A stretch of 64,000 bases of DNA from a virus (lineage: Duplodnaviria > Caudoviricetes), in IMG/VR virus record IMGVR_UViG_3300044557_000107, positions 64,001 to 128,000 of that record; one strand, 5' to 3'. Shown one piece after another: positions 10,809 to 20,108 of this stretch (the first letter of the stretch is position 1; the number at the start of each line of letters is the position of its first letter). A program made the translations under genes and the position numbers. Under the pieces are notes generated by a model. That model did not search any database, was not told where the DNA came from, and saw only the letters and a program-made list of their open reading frames with translations.

Positions 10809-11945
10809 ATGACTTTGAAAGGAATCAAACTAAGAATCTACCCTAATAGAGAACAACAATTAAAGATTAAACTTAACTTTGGATATAACAGATTTGTTTG
10901 GAATCAGATGTTAGACATGATGATTAAACGCTATGAAAATAATCCCGAAGCGCCTTTTCTGGGAGCCTATACCCTAGATAAACTATTACCAACCCTAAAA
11001 TGTGAATACCCATTCTTAAAAGATGCTGAATCTACCAGTCTTCAAAATACTAATCATGACTTGATTGAAGCTTATAAGAAATTCTTTAGAGAACACAAAG
11101 GATTTCCTAAGTTTAAATCACGTAAATTTCCTAAGCAGAGTTACCAATCAAAAATGGGAATTAGCAAGGCTTCAACAAATTATTTAAAGCTACCTAAGAT
11201 TGGTGTTGTTAAAGCCAAAGGACAAATACCAGACTGTAAAATTAATAGGGTTACTATCAGATTATCTGCCACAGGAAAATTCTATGTGGTTTTGTTAGTT
11301 GATACAGATATTAATAGTCTTCCTAAAACTAATAATGCCGTAGGCATTGACATGGGTGTAGCAGATCTGATGATTACTAGTGATGGTATTAAATATCCCA
11401 CGATTAGATTTGATAAACTCCTCAGTAAAAAGAAACATTATTGGGAGAAACGGTTAGCTAGACGTAGACTGCAAGCTAAGAAGGAAATAGCTTGGGATAA
11501 GCATAATAAAGTAGCAGAGCCACATGAATTAAGTGATTTCAAGAACTACCAAAAAGCTAAAACTATGGTTGCCAAGTATAATGAGAAAATAGCTAACCAG
11601 CGCAATGATTATCTTCATAAGTTAACTAAGTCTTTAGTAGAGCAGTATGATGTGATTAAGATTGAAGATTTGAAAGCCAAAAATCTTCTAAAGAATCACA
11701 AGCTCGCTAGAGCAATTGCTAACCAATCATGGAGAGAACTACGTACACAGTTAGAATATAAATGTGAATGGTATGGTAAACAACTAGTCATTGTTAACCC
11801 CAGAAAAACATCACAAATTTGCTCTAATTGTGGTTATGATGATGGTAAACACACATTGGATATTCGACAGTGGACATGTCCTATGTGTGGTACCCATCAT
11901 GATAGAGATATTAATGCTGCTAAGAACATCTTAGCTAGTGAATAA
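10809..11945 (+). CDS. tnpB: TnpB RNA-guided endonuclease (IS200/IS605 family), copy 1, no tnpA
   Basis: KLRIYP N-terminus; RuvC I GIDMG, RuvC II IEDL, Zn finger CSNC/CPMC, RuvC III DRDINAAKNI; all catalytic residues intact. Confidence 0.95.
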   Translation: MTLKGIKLRIYPNREQQLKIKLNFGYNRFVWNQMLDMMIKRYENNPEAPFLGAYTLDKLLPTLKCEYPFLKDAESTSLQNTNHDLIEAYKKFFREHKGFPKFKSRKFPKQSYQSKMGISKASTNYLKLPKIGVVKAKGQIPDCKINRVTIRLSATGKFYVVLLVDTDINSLPKTNNAVGIDMGVADLMITSDGIKYPTIRFDKLLSKKKHYWEKRLARRRLQAKKEIAWDKHNKVAEPHELSDFKNYQKAKTMVAKYNEKIANQRNDYLHKLTKSLVEQYDVIKIEDLKAKNLLKNHKLARAIANQSWRELRTQLEYKCEWYGKQLVIVNPRKTSQICSNCGYDDGKHTLDIRQWTCPMCGTHHDRDINAAKNILASE

Positions 11946-11967
11946 CCAATAAAGACAAAGACTAACA

Positions 11968-12080
11968 TGGGCTGGGGCAGCCCTTAGTAAATAGCCATAA
12001 CCTCTATTTAGTACTCTAGTAGTATTAAACAAGTATGTGGTGTTCCTAGAAACCTGTGTTTTTAAACACAGTGTAGTTCA
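11968..12080 (+). ncRNA. omegaRNA/reRNA scaffold of tnpB-1 (guide begins ~12081, TTTCGGACGAGCAACATC)
   Basis: Hairpin-rich region after tnpB ending in GTAGTTCA; covarying homologues at 39.0 and 39.6 kb; 5' end uncertain and may overlap the CDS. Confidence 0.8.
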
Positions 12081-15056
12081 TTTCGGACGAGCAACATCTC
12101 CCGAAAATTTACCCCACCAATAACTTGTAGTCGCATCAAATTTTGAAAGCCCTGTTGAAGTATTATCAGCAATACACATGTTATTACCGATATATATTCC
12201 TACATGCCCCCGGGTTCCACTAGTATTCCAGAATACCAAGTCACCTTCTTTAAGATTTTTCCAGACATCACTTTTATCGCTTCCACTAACATGAGACAAC
12301 ACGGAGCTACTCCACATACTGTTTGTAGTTCCAATAGTAGAACCTGTTAGTGGATCACCAATGTCTTTATATAACCAACACATTGTGGACGAGCAATCTG
12401 CACTGGCGCCCGTTGTTGAGAATATGTCTTGGCTACCCCTACCGGCTCCTATAACATACCTAATAGACCCTTGACCATTCTTATTATAATAGCTTGTGAT
12501 TTTGCTTACAGCCGCTTGCGCCGCTGCTGTACCAGACTTAGTAGACCCATCAGATGAACTTGAATCGCTAGAGGAGCTACTAGACTCATCAACAGACCAT
12601 GCCATATTACTAAAGGTAGCTTCACCCATTAGTCCTCCTTGGAAGTCTGATGATTGCCCCCATAGGTTATTAAACCGATATTGGCCACTTTGGGGAAGAC
12701 CTCTAGTAACACCAAGGGTAGTTTCCCAACCGGACTGAAATGAGAAGCTATGAGAGACGGATTCAATATAAAATTCAAAGGTATCATTATAGTTATTTAG
12801 ATATACAGTAACACGGTCCCCAACTCGGTAATCTGGATGACCTACGACAACAATATCTCCGCTATAAAAATTAGGGTTATCGGCATACCAATTGAATAAT
12901 CTTTGTGTAAACTTTTTAAGGGAACTAGCAGAGCTATCTATTGTAGATGCATTAGTTGTTTTTGTAGTAGAACCTTTTACAATACTTTCTAGGTCCTTTT
13001 TAGATAGCTTATTACCTCCGTTATGATACTGATCCCATATAGCTAGTAATTCATTATCATCTACATTTTTTAGGGTGGACTTAGCTAATTTCATATAGTC
13101 TACAATGTCGCCTTTAGAATCACTAATAACCTTTTTTACATTAGACACATTTAAGGCTTTAGTTCCGGTATTAGCATATCCCCCACCTTGTGAAATGTGC
13201 ATATCGTCATTCCACTTAGTAGTAGGAAGTTGAAAGTCATTGTTGATATAATCATTAATTAAATTTACAGCCTCTTGTGCTGAAATATTATTAGCACTAT
13301 TTGTAAGGTTTTGAGCATACGTAGCTTTATTAATTCGTAATAAATTACGGTCAATAGCATTTAAGAAGGCTACAGTTGAATCATACGTGTAGGTAGTACC
13401 ATGTTCAGCACTATCCGTGTCACCTTTACTATAATCAGAATTACTACCGGATTCTGCATCACCCATGCTGAGATACTGATTAGTTTTTTCAAGGTAGCTG
13501 TACCCATACTGATCAACTAAAGTTTGATTATACTGGGGGTAGGACCCAATTGCTCCTGAGTTATTAGTGATACTGAACAAAGAGTAACTATCAGGATTTA
13601 CGTTGAATACAGAGTAAGCCTGTGCATTTGACTGGTTAACAGTAACGTTTTTTATAGACCCAGAATCAATCTCAATAGTCTCTAAAGAATTCCAATCATC
13701 AGGATCGAAAGGGGTTCTACGTACATTTACATGACACAGCCCCGTAGACTCAAATTCAAAATAGAGTTCATTGAAAGGTTCTACACGAATATCATCCATA
13801 AGTTCTAATAGAGATCCACTAAATGAGGTGTACTGAGTAGAGTCTGTTAGTTTTTCATCAACATCCCAACTTTGAAAATTACTGGTATCTAAAAAGTCAA
13901 AGATAGTTTTGGAGCCGTTATCATAACTATAGTTTATATAGGGCTTGAAACGTTCTATAATTTCATTTTCAATGGTAGCTACATCATTACCCATAAATGC
14001 AACGCCAGTACTATTCTCTTTTTCGGAGTCGATAGAACTAGAAGAAGCATCTACATTTCCTGATGTAGACCCACTGCTATCGCTACTACCAGAAGATGAA
14101 CTACTATCATCACCGGAAGAATCTCCGCCATTATACTCAGCGTAACCAGTTTCTAGGTTTTTTGTGTAATGAGCTAAGTTATCTCCAAAGTAGTTATGTG
14201 CTTTAAGAATTTGGGCAAATTGAGGAATACTAGTAGCATTTTGAACACCATCATTATAGAGAGTTGTGGCATAATCACTAGCATAAGCACTCCATGAAGA
14301 ATATTTATAGCTAGGTCCTACATGCATACCTGTTAGATTTTTAGAAGAGTATGCGGGGGCTCCTGGTTGGTCTTTTCCTCCGGATTCTGCCATGATTTGA
14401 GCAAATACATATCCCGACTTAAGCCCAATAGCTTTAGTGACGGCTTTATCAATAGCACGTGCAATAGGCTTACCGGGTCCTGCGTTAGTATCTACATTGA
14501 CCGTTATTTTTTTACCCGAGGTTGACGAAGATGTATTTGTAGAACTATCATCGCTATCACCAGATGAGCTAGATTCTGCTTCATAATCCGCATTTGTATC
14601 CCATAGCCATCCCATATTTGAAAGGTTAACTTGGGCTTCTTCAATAAGTCCTAATTTATACTGAGAGAATACTTTAGATAAGCTTTGACCCGTGATTTGA
14701 TAATATAAATTGTTATTTTCAAATTCGCCAATAATGTCTATTTCAGAAACCATGCCCACGAAAATAACATTATTATTAACAGTACCAATATTAGCACTTC
14801 CAACACCCATATTTGGATCTGCTCGAATAATAATGATATCGTTTTCATTAACAACATAATCCCACCGGTAGTCTCCAGCAAGCATAACAGAAAATGCAGG
14901 GGAATCCAACGACATATCATTTGAAGTACTCAATCCAAGCAATCCTTTAGTTAAGGTGTCATTTGATAGGGTGTCGTCTGAATAACTAATCTGGTACCCA
15001 TTAGACGAACTATGGATTTCTAATGAAAAGTTAGGAAACATTATGTTGTTTGCCAA
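12078..15056 (-). CDS. Baseplate hub / tail-associated lysin with lysozyme-like and C-terminal NlpC/P60 domains
   Basis: AQIMAESGG lysozyme-like motif; ADCSS...GDLVFW...GHVGIYIG NlpC/P60; EFYIESVSHSF hub motif. Confidence 0.85.
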   Translation of the reverse strand: MANNIMFPNFSLEIHSSSNGYQISYSDDTLSNDTLTKGLLGLSTSNDMSLDSPAFSVMLAGDYRWDYVVNENDIIIIRADPNMGVGSANIGTVNNNVIFVGMVSEIDIIGEFENNNLYYQITGQSLSKVFSQYKLGLIEEAQVNLSNMGWLWDTNADYEAESSSSGDSDDSSTNTSSSTSGKKITVNVDTNAGPGKPIARAIDKAVTKAIGLKSGYVFAQIMAESGGKDQPGAPAYSSKNLTGMHVGPSYKYSSWSAYASDYATTLYNDGVQNATSIPQFAQILKAHNYFGDNLAHYTKNLETGYAEYNGGDSSGDDSSSSSGSSDSSGSTSGNVDASSSSIDSEKENSTGVAFMGNDVATIENEIIERFKPYINYSYDNGSKTIFDFLDTSNFQSWDVDEKLTDSTQYTSFSGSLLELMDDIRVEPFNELYFEFESTGLCHVNVRRTPFDPDDWNSLETIEIDSGSIKNVTVNQSNAQAYSVFNVNPDSYSLFSITNNSGAIGSYPQYNQTLVDQYGYSYLEKTNQYLSMGDAESGSNSDYSKGDTDSAEHGTTYTYDSTVAFLNAIDRNLLRINKATYAQNLTNSANNISAQEAVNLINDYINNDFQLPTTKWNDDMHISQGGGYANTGTKALNVSNVKKVISDSKGDIVDYMKLAKSTLKNVDDNELLAIWDQYHNGGNKLSKKDLESIVKGSTTKTTNASTIDSSASSLKKFTQRLFNWYADNPNFYSGDIVVVGHPDYRVGDRVTVYLNNYNDTFEFYIESVSHSFSFQSGWETTLGVTRGLPQSGQYRFNNLWGQSSDFQGGLMGEATFSNMAWSVDESSSSSSDSSSSDGSTKSGTAAAQAAVSKITSYYNKNGQGSIRYVIGAGRGSQDIFSTTGASADCSSTMCWLYKDIGDPLTGSTIGTTNSMWSSSVLSHVSGSDKSDVWKNLKEGDLVFWNTSGTRGHVGIYIGNNMCIADNTSTGLSKFDATTSYWWGKFSGDVARPK

Positions 15057-15071
15057 ATTACACCCTTCTTT

Positions 15072-18000
15072 CTATGACTGTTGTGACCAGTTTACTGTAT
15101 GATCACTTAAGCTACTTTTTAATTTGGTAGCAATCTTATTTCCGATAGTTGTTCCTGTTGCATTAGCATCATCAATATTACCATTAACATTGACTGTAAT
15201 TGGAATATTTATCCCACCAGAGTTTCCTCCCGAGGTAACCCCTGTTTTCTGAGCGGCATAGGCGGCTAGCGCTTTAGAACGTCCACTAGAAGCGGCACTT
15301 CCACCAGTAGGAACCACAGTTTCTTCGGAGTTCTCTGATATCCATGAAAGCGTAGGCTTTTCAATAACATTACCCGTGGCATTAGCCGTGGGTGCTTTGG
15401 ATCCTGTATTAATAGTCGTATTTGCGCTATAGGATGATCCCGATTTGCTTGTGGTAGTCTTTGTTGTGGAAGACGAAGAACTAGAACTAGAACTTTGAGT
15501 AATTGCACTAGCATTACTTGCTTTACCAAAGAAACCGTTTTGGGCTCTAGCTTGTTCTAGCAGTTGGGCTGTTTGATCAAGGTTACGTTTTTCTTTATCT
15601 GTGGCCTTGACTTTCTTATTGTCGTTAATGGTACTTGCCCTACTAATTTCTTTTTTAAGACGACTTCCTGCTTTAGTAACACCATCAAAAGCTTTGGTAC
15701 CACCAAAGTACCCGGCGATACCTCCAATAAGCCCTCCAGCGGCTTCTCCAATCCCGGTCTCACCAAGTACAGGAATAGCCGCACCAATTCCAGCTCCTAC
15801 TTCACCACCGGCAACTGCACCACCCCAACCAGATGCATCACGAGCACCCGTCTTAACAGCTTTTCTTCTGGCCGTTCTTTTCGCGTTTGCTTGTGCTCTT
15901 TTTCTACTTTGGCCTTTATTCTCATTAGCAATTTCAGCAGATTCTTTTGTCGAAGTATAGGTTCCGTAGATATCCATAGCTGTGGTAGCTCCTGCAAGAA
16001 GCGCATTCCCTTTACCGCCTAAAAGTTTAGTCCCTTTTTCAAGAACGCTACCTGTCTTAGTCAGCACACTACCCGTTCGACCAGTCCGAAGCCAGCCACC
16101 TGCTTTGGTCCCATATTTTCCAATGGTTCTACTTAGTCTGGAATTAGTAACTCTTGAGGTAGCTCTATAAGCACGATCTCGGATTCCGCCAGACTTTCCT
16201 CCGCCACCACCTACAACAGTTGTTTTAGACGAAGTACCTTCGCCGGTTCCTCCAGTTTTATTACTAGTATTTTCTCTGGTTTTAGACGTTGTTTCCTTAG
16301 TCGCCGTAGTCTCATTATAAGAACTACTAGTCCCTGTTTTAATAGATTCTGCAATTTTAGCCTCAAGAATTGCTTTAACAATCTGTGCAGTTCCCAGTCC
16401 GGTTGCAGTTACGATAGAAGCTAATCCTGAAGGTAACTTGTTAACCGCAATACTAATACTATTAACATATTTACCAATGGTATTCTGCTCATTACTAATA
16501 GATTTCTCATATTGAGCAGTACTTTGAAAGTTTGATGAATCTGTAGAGCTATTATAAGACTTAGAGTTTTGATTCTTCCTATTACTACCCGTTATATTGT
16601 TTTCTTTTTCCCATTTTTTAATATCAGAAGACGTTAGGTCTCCCTTTTCAGTCATTTCTGCTAGGGACTTCGCGGCTTTAGGATCGGATACGAGTCCTAG
16701 TTTCTGGTAAGCAAGGGCGGCTGTAGATACATTTCCTCTGGAGTAATTTTTAACTATTCCAGATATATCTTGAATATTATTAGGGTTTGTAATACCTTCA
16801 GAAGCTTGGATCTCTGCTCTTAAGTATCCACTTTGTCCTTGAAACTTGGTAGGATTTGATTGAATTAAGGATCTTAAAAGAGTACTGTTACCCCCAGTAC
16901 CCGCGGACTTGAAGGCACTATTCATCTGATTAAGATTGTTTCCACCAGCAGTTCCTTTCCAAGAACTACCCCCGTTTTTAGCAAGGTATGTCTGAGTAGC
17001 AGATGCTGTTTTAATACCCGAGGTAGTTACCTTTTGAGTATCCGTTTGATTCTTAACAATTTGGGATAGGTACTTAACCTGTTCTTGTAAAAGCCCTTGC
17101 GTATTCGAGTTTTTAGCGCCCCCAATAGCTTGATTAACAATTGAGTTAACTTGACGGGAGTTAGTAGCCGCACCCCCAGAGATGGCTGTGTTCATAAGCT
17201 CATTATAGTTAGATATACCAAACCCAGAACTTCTAGCATTTTGCATAATAGTCTTTAAATAGGAACTTGATACATTAGGGTTAGAACCATAGTTAGCACC
17301 TTGGGCCAATTGCATATAGGCTAATGAATCGCTCATACCAAACCCGGTTGATCTTTGAGCACCAACATTAATGGCGCGATTACGTGCCGACTGTGCGCTT
17401 ATTCCCGAGTTGTCTCCGACTTGGAACGCTAAATCCGCGGTACGCATATTTAAGTTCTTTCCTTGAGAATACCGTCGAGTAAAGTTACCCGTAGTAGCCC
17501 CTAAAACGTTAGACGTAAACGATACTGCACGAGATTGGAGAATATCTTGAAAAGACCCTCGTTTAGGGTCTACTGTAGGGTTCGCAGAGTTAACTGAAGC
17601 ACTGGACTTTGATAAGTTTCCAGCGGCTTCATTAGTTGCTTGTGAAAGGCTATTCAATGACTTAATCAGCTTTGTTTCAGCATCTTCCTGAAGCTTTAAT
17701 TTTGCAAGCTGGTTGTTATATTCGCTTCCAGAAATATTTCCACTTGCAAAGTCTTGAGTAGCAATACTTCGTTGTTGCTGATACATATTTATATTTTCTT
17801 GAGAAGACTGCCGTTGTTGCTTGATCCAGTCTTGCTGTTGCTGAATCATTTTTGATCCGTCACGGCTATCTCTTGAGAATCTTTGACTATCAATATAAGA
17901 CATATGCCCAGAGTCTACAGCCCTATTTGCACGTTCTCTTTGTCTAGTGCCTAAGTTGCTTACTTGACGTTGACGCATACGAATGTTTTCATGAGCTTCT

Positions 18001-18419
18001 CGGTGAGATATATCATCAGTACTACCCGCATAAGAACGTTTAGCAGAGTTCCAAGCGCCTCTAGAAATTCCAGATTGGCTCTCACTAACTAATTCTTTAA
18101 ACATTGCTCGGGTAGAATCTAACTGCTTTTCTAACTGCTGTGCTTGTTGTTGCAAATTAGTAAGTTCTCGGCTGTTACCCGCAGTACTAGCTTGCTGTTG
18201 TAGTTTATTTAAGCTACCCTGAGCAGTACCTGATAAGGTGTTAACTAGTTTCATTTGGGCTACTAAGTTCTGAAATCCAGTACTACTGGTATAGCCACCA
18301 GACTTAAGCATAGTTTCGCCGCGTTCAGCAATACTATCCTGCAATTGACTAATTTGCTCTAATGCTTTTTGTGCTTGGCTTGCATCAGAAGTAACTTCAA
18401 AGTTATATTTATTTGCCAC
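15072..18419 (-). CDS. Tape measure protein
   Basis: 1115 aa, helical, Gly/Ala-rich hydrophobic stretch, downstream of tail chaperones. Confidence 0.85.
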   Translation of the reverse strand: MANKYNFEVTSDASQAQKALEQISQLQDSIAERGETMLKSGGYTSSTGFQNLVAQMKLVNTLSGTAQGSLNKLQQQASTAGNSRELTNLQQQAQQLEKQLDSTRAMFKELVSESQSGISRGAWNSAKRSYAGSTDDISHREAHENIRMRQRQVSNLGTRQRERANRAVDSGHMSYIDSQRFSRDSRDGSKMIQQQQDWIKQQRQSSQENINMYQQQRSIATQDFASGNISGSEYNNQLAKLKLQEDAETKLIKSLNSLSQATNEAAGNLSKSSASVNSANPTVDPKRGSFQDILQSRAVSFTSNVLGATTGNFTRRYSQGKNLNMRTADLAFQVGDNSGISAQSARNRAINVGAQRSTGFGMSDSLAYMQLAQGANYGSNPNVSSSYLKTIMQNARSSGFGISNYNELMNTAISGGAATNSRQVNSIVNQAIGGAKNSNTQGLLQEQVKYLSQIVKNQTDTQKVTTSGIKTASATQTYLAKNGGSSWKGTAGGNNLNQMNSAFKSAGTGGNSTLLRSLIQSNPTKFQGQSGYLRAEIQASEGITNPNNIQDISGIVKNYSRGNVSTAALAYQKLGLVSDPKAAKSLAEMTEKGDLTSSDIKKWEKENNITGSNRKNQNSKSYNSSTDSSNFQSTAQYEKSISNEQNTIGKYVNSISIAVNKLPSGLASIVTATGLGTAQIVKAILEAKIAESIKTGTSSSYNETTATKETTSKTRENTSNKTGGTGEGTSSKTTVVGGGGGKSGGIRDRAYRATSRVTNSRLSRTIGKYGTKAGGWLRTGRTGSVLTKTGSVLEKGTKLLGGKGNALLAGATTAMDIYGTYTSTKESAEIANENKGQSRKRAQANAKRTARRKAVKTGARDASGWGGAVAGGEVGAGIGAAIPVLGETGIGEAAGGLIGGIAGYFGGTKAFDGVTKAGSRLKKEISRASTINDNKKVKATDKEKRNLDQTAQLLEQARAQNGFFGKASNASAITQSSSSSSSSSTTKTTTSKSGSSYSANTTINTGSKAPTANATGNVIEKPTLSWISENSEETVVPTGGSAASSGRSKALAAYAAQKTGVTSGGNSGGINIPITVNVNGNIDDANATGTTIGNKIATKLKSSLSDHTVNWSQQS

Positions 18420-18424
18420 GAGTA

Positions 18425-19084
18425 CTATTCCACCTTCTTAGTAATTGTATTAGCCCGGCTCTTACCAATAGATTCTAGATATTTGGACTTCTCTTGCATT
18501 TCTTTCAGTTTTTGCTTAGCCTCTATATTTTTAGAGTCTAATATTTGCTTTTGATTGTACTTAGTGAAGTTTCGTTCGAAGTCTCCCCCAGCTTTTTCCA
18601 TGAAGTCCTTCTGTTCTTTACGACTAAGTTCTTCTAGCTGAGCTTCAATTTTAGACTTAGACATCCCCTCCGGAATTAGTTCAAAGTCTCCATCTTTGTC
18701 TTTCCATGAAGTATCGTCATCTCTAAAGCTATTCTGTTCTCCTTTAAGAACTCGACTTCCTTTATTGTCATAACCATATATTTTACGCTTAGAATTTCCA
18801 GAAGAATTATCATTAGAATCCTCTAAAGAATCTTGTGAGTTTTCTAATGCTTGAGATTCTTCAAGTTGCATTTCTTGGTAAGCCATAAGATACCAAGTAA
18901 CCTGATCTTCTGATAAATTATTAATTAAAGGATCTCCAGGAAGTGTATGGGACAAGTACATGACTCTAAAGTAATTTTTAGATAGATTAGTCTTAACTAG
19001 TTTGCTTATCTCGGTATTATTGTCATTTTTAGAAGTCTTATTAAAGCTGAAACTGATCCTTCCAATTAAGGAAGTCTTCTCCAA
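18425..19084 (-). CDS. Tail assembly chaperone, downstream (GT-like) frame
   Basis: Overlaps the upstream chaperone in the +1 frame; no convincing independent start. Confidence 0.65.
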   Translation of the reverse strand: MEKTSLIGRISFSFNKTSKNDNNTEISKLVKTNLSKNYFRVMYLSHTLPGDPLINNLSEDQVTWYLMAYQEMQLEESQALENSQDSLEDSNDNSSGNSKRKIYGYDNKGSRVLKGEQNSFRDDDTSWKDKDGDFELIPEGMSKSKIEAQLEELSRKEQKDFMEKAGGDFERNFTKYNQKQILDSKNIEAKQKLKEMQEKSKYLESIGKSRANTITKKVE

Positions 19085-19562
19085 TCACATACAGAATATC
19101 TGTATTATAAATATTTTCAGGATCTTGTAGGATTGCTGGAAGATTTCTACCGTATAGCTCAAGTAATTTCATAGTGTAATAGACAATATATTGGTAATCA
19201 GGTATGCCACCAGTTACATCGGGGAATAGAGACCAGACAAAATTCTTGATAGGGGCTTCTTCTAAGGCGTTAGGTGTTTTTATTTCAATATCGAATTCAA
19301 CACCCATTTCTTTAAAGTCAAAATGATGAGTATAAATATCGTTAACACCTTTAAGAATAATACGTAATTTATTAGCGTCATCAATAGTATTCTGTGGATT
19401 TACCGTAGTAGTTGTGGTTGTAACAGTATGTTCTTTTTTAGTTTCTACTTCTTTAGCTTCTTCCAACTTCTTTTGTGAGCTCTCTGGGGCGTCCTTAACT
19501 GCTTTTTGTTGGAGTAATTGATGCTGTTCTTCTATTTTTGCTTGAATTTCCTTACTAGCCAT
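19041..19562 (-). CDS. Tail assembly chaperone
   Basis: ILKGVND motif; lies between tube and tape measure; late promoter motif at 19597-19605. Confidence 0.75.
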   Translation of the reverse strand: MASKEIQAKIEEQHQLLQQKAVKDAPESSQKKLEEAKEVETKKEHTVTTTTTTVNPQNTIDDANKLRIILKGVNDIYTHHFDFKEMGVEFDIEIKTPNALEEAPIKNFVWSLFPDVTGGIPDYQYIVYYTMKLLELYGRNLPAILQDPENIYNTDILYVIGEDFLNWKDQFQL

Positions 19563-19614
19563 GTAATTTTCTCACTTTCTTTGTTAGTTTCTAGTTATAA
19601 TCTAGTTGTTTGAA

Positions 19615-19646
19615 CTAAAAAAGAATCCCTTATTAGGATTCTTTTT
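19615..19646. terminator. Intrinsic terminator after tail tube
   Basis: AAAAAAGAATCC-CTTATTA-GGATTCTTTTT. Confidence 0.75.
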
Positions 19647-19664
19647 ACTAGGGTTCTTAATTAT

Positions 19665-20090
19665 TTAGCTTCCCGCATTTGCATTAAGGAAGGTAAATTC
19701 AATTTCTTCTGTAACTAATTCATTAGCTCGAATAGTTAGACGGTAGCTATTAGCAGTACAGCTACGGTAAGCGGCGACAACGTTACCAGTACCTTTATCA
19801 GTAATGATAACGTCAATGACACCCTTAGTAAGAATCTCATCTGCGCCAATTGCCGCGATACCTAATTCAATTAGATCACTACTCCGGAGACGCATATCTT
19901 CCAAAGTTACAGTACCTTGGTACTTTAAGTAATCTGATTCAACCGGAGCAGTACTACCAATTTGGTATACGTTTGTCGTTCCAAACTCTACTGTTGAACT
20001 TGCATCTTGTGCACGACCAATGATATTACCAGCAATAGAGATGCTGACAAGATCCGCAGAGAATGTAGTTTGACTAGTTTTATCAGCCAT
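19665..20090 (-). CDS. Tail tube protein
   Basis: 141 aa directly after sheath; IGRAQ...FGTTNVYQIGS...EEIEFTFL. Confidence 0.9.
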   Translation of the reverse strand: MADKTSQTTFSADLVSISIAGNIIGRAQDASSTVEFGTTNVYQIGSTAPVESDYLKYQGTVTLEDMRLRSSDLIELGIAAIGADEILTKGVIDVIITDKGTGNVVAAYRSCTANSYRLTIRANELVTEEIEFTFLNANAGS

Positions 20091-20108
20091 TTAAATATTC
20101 ACTCTCCT

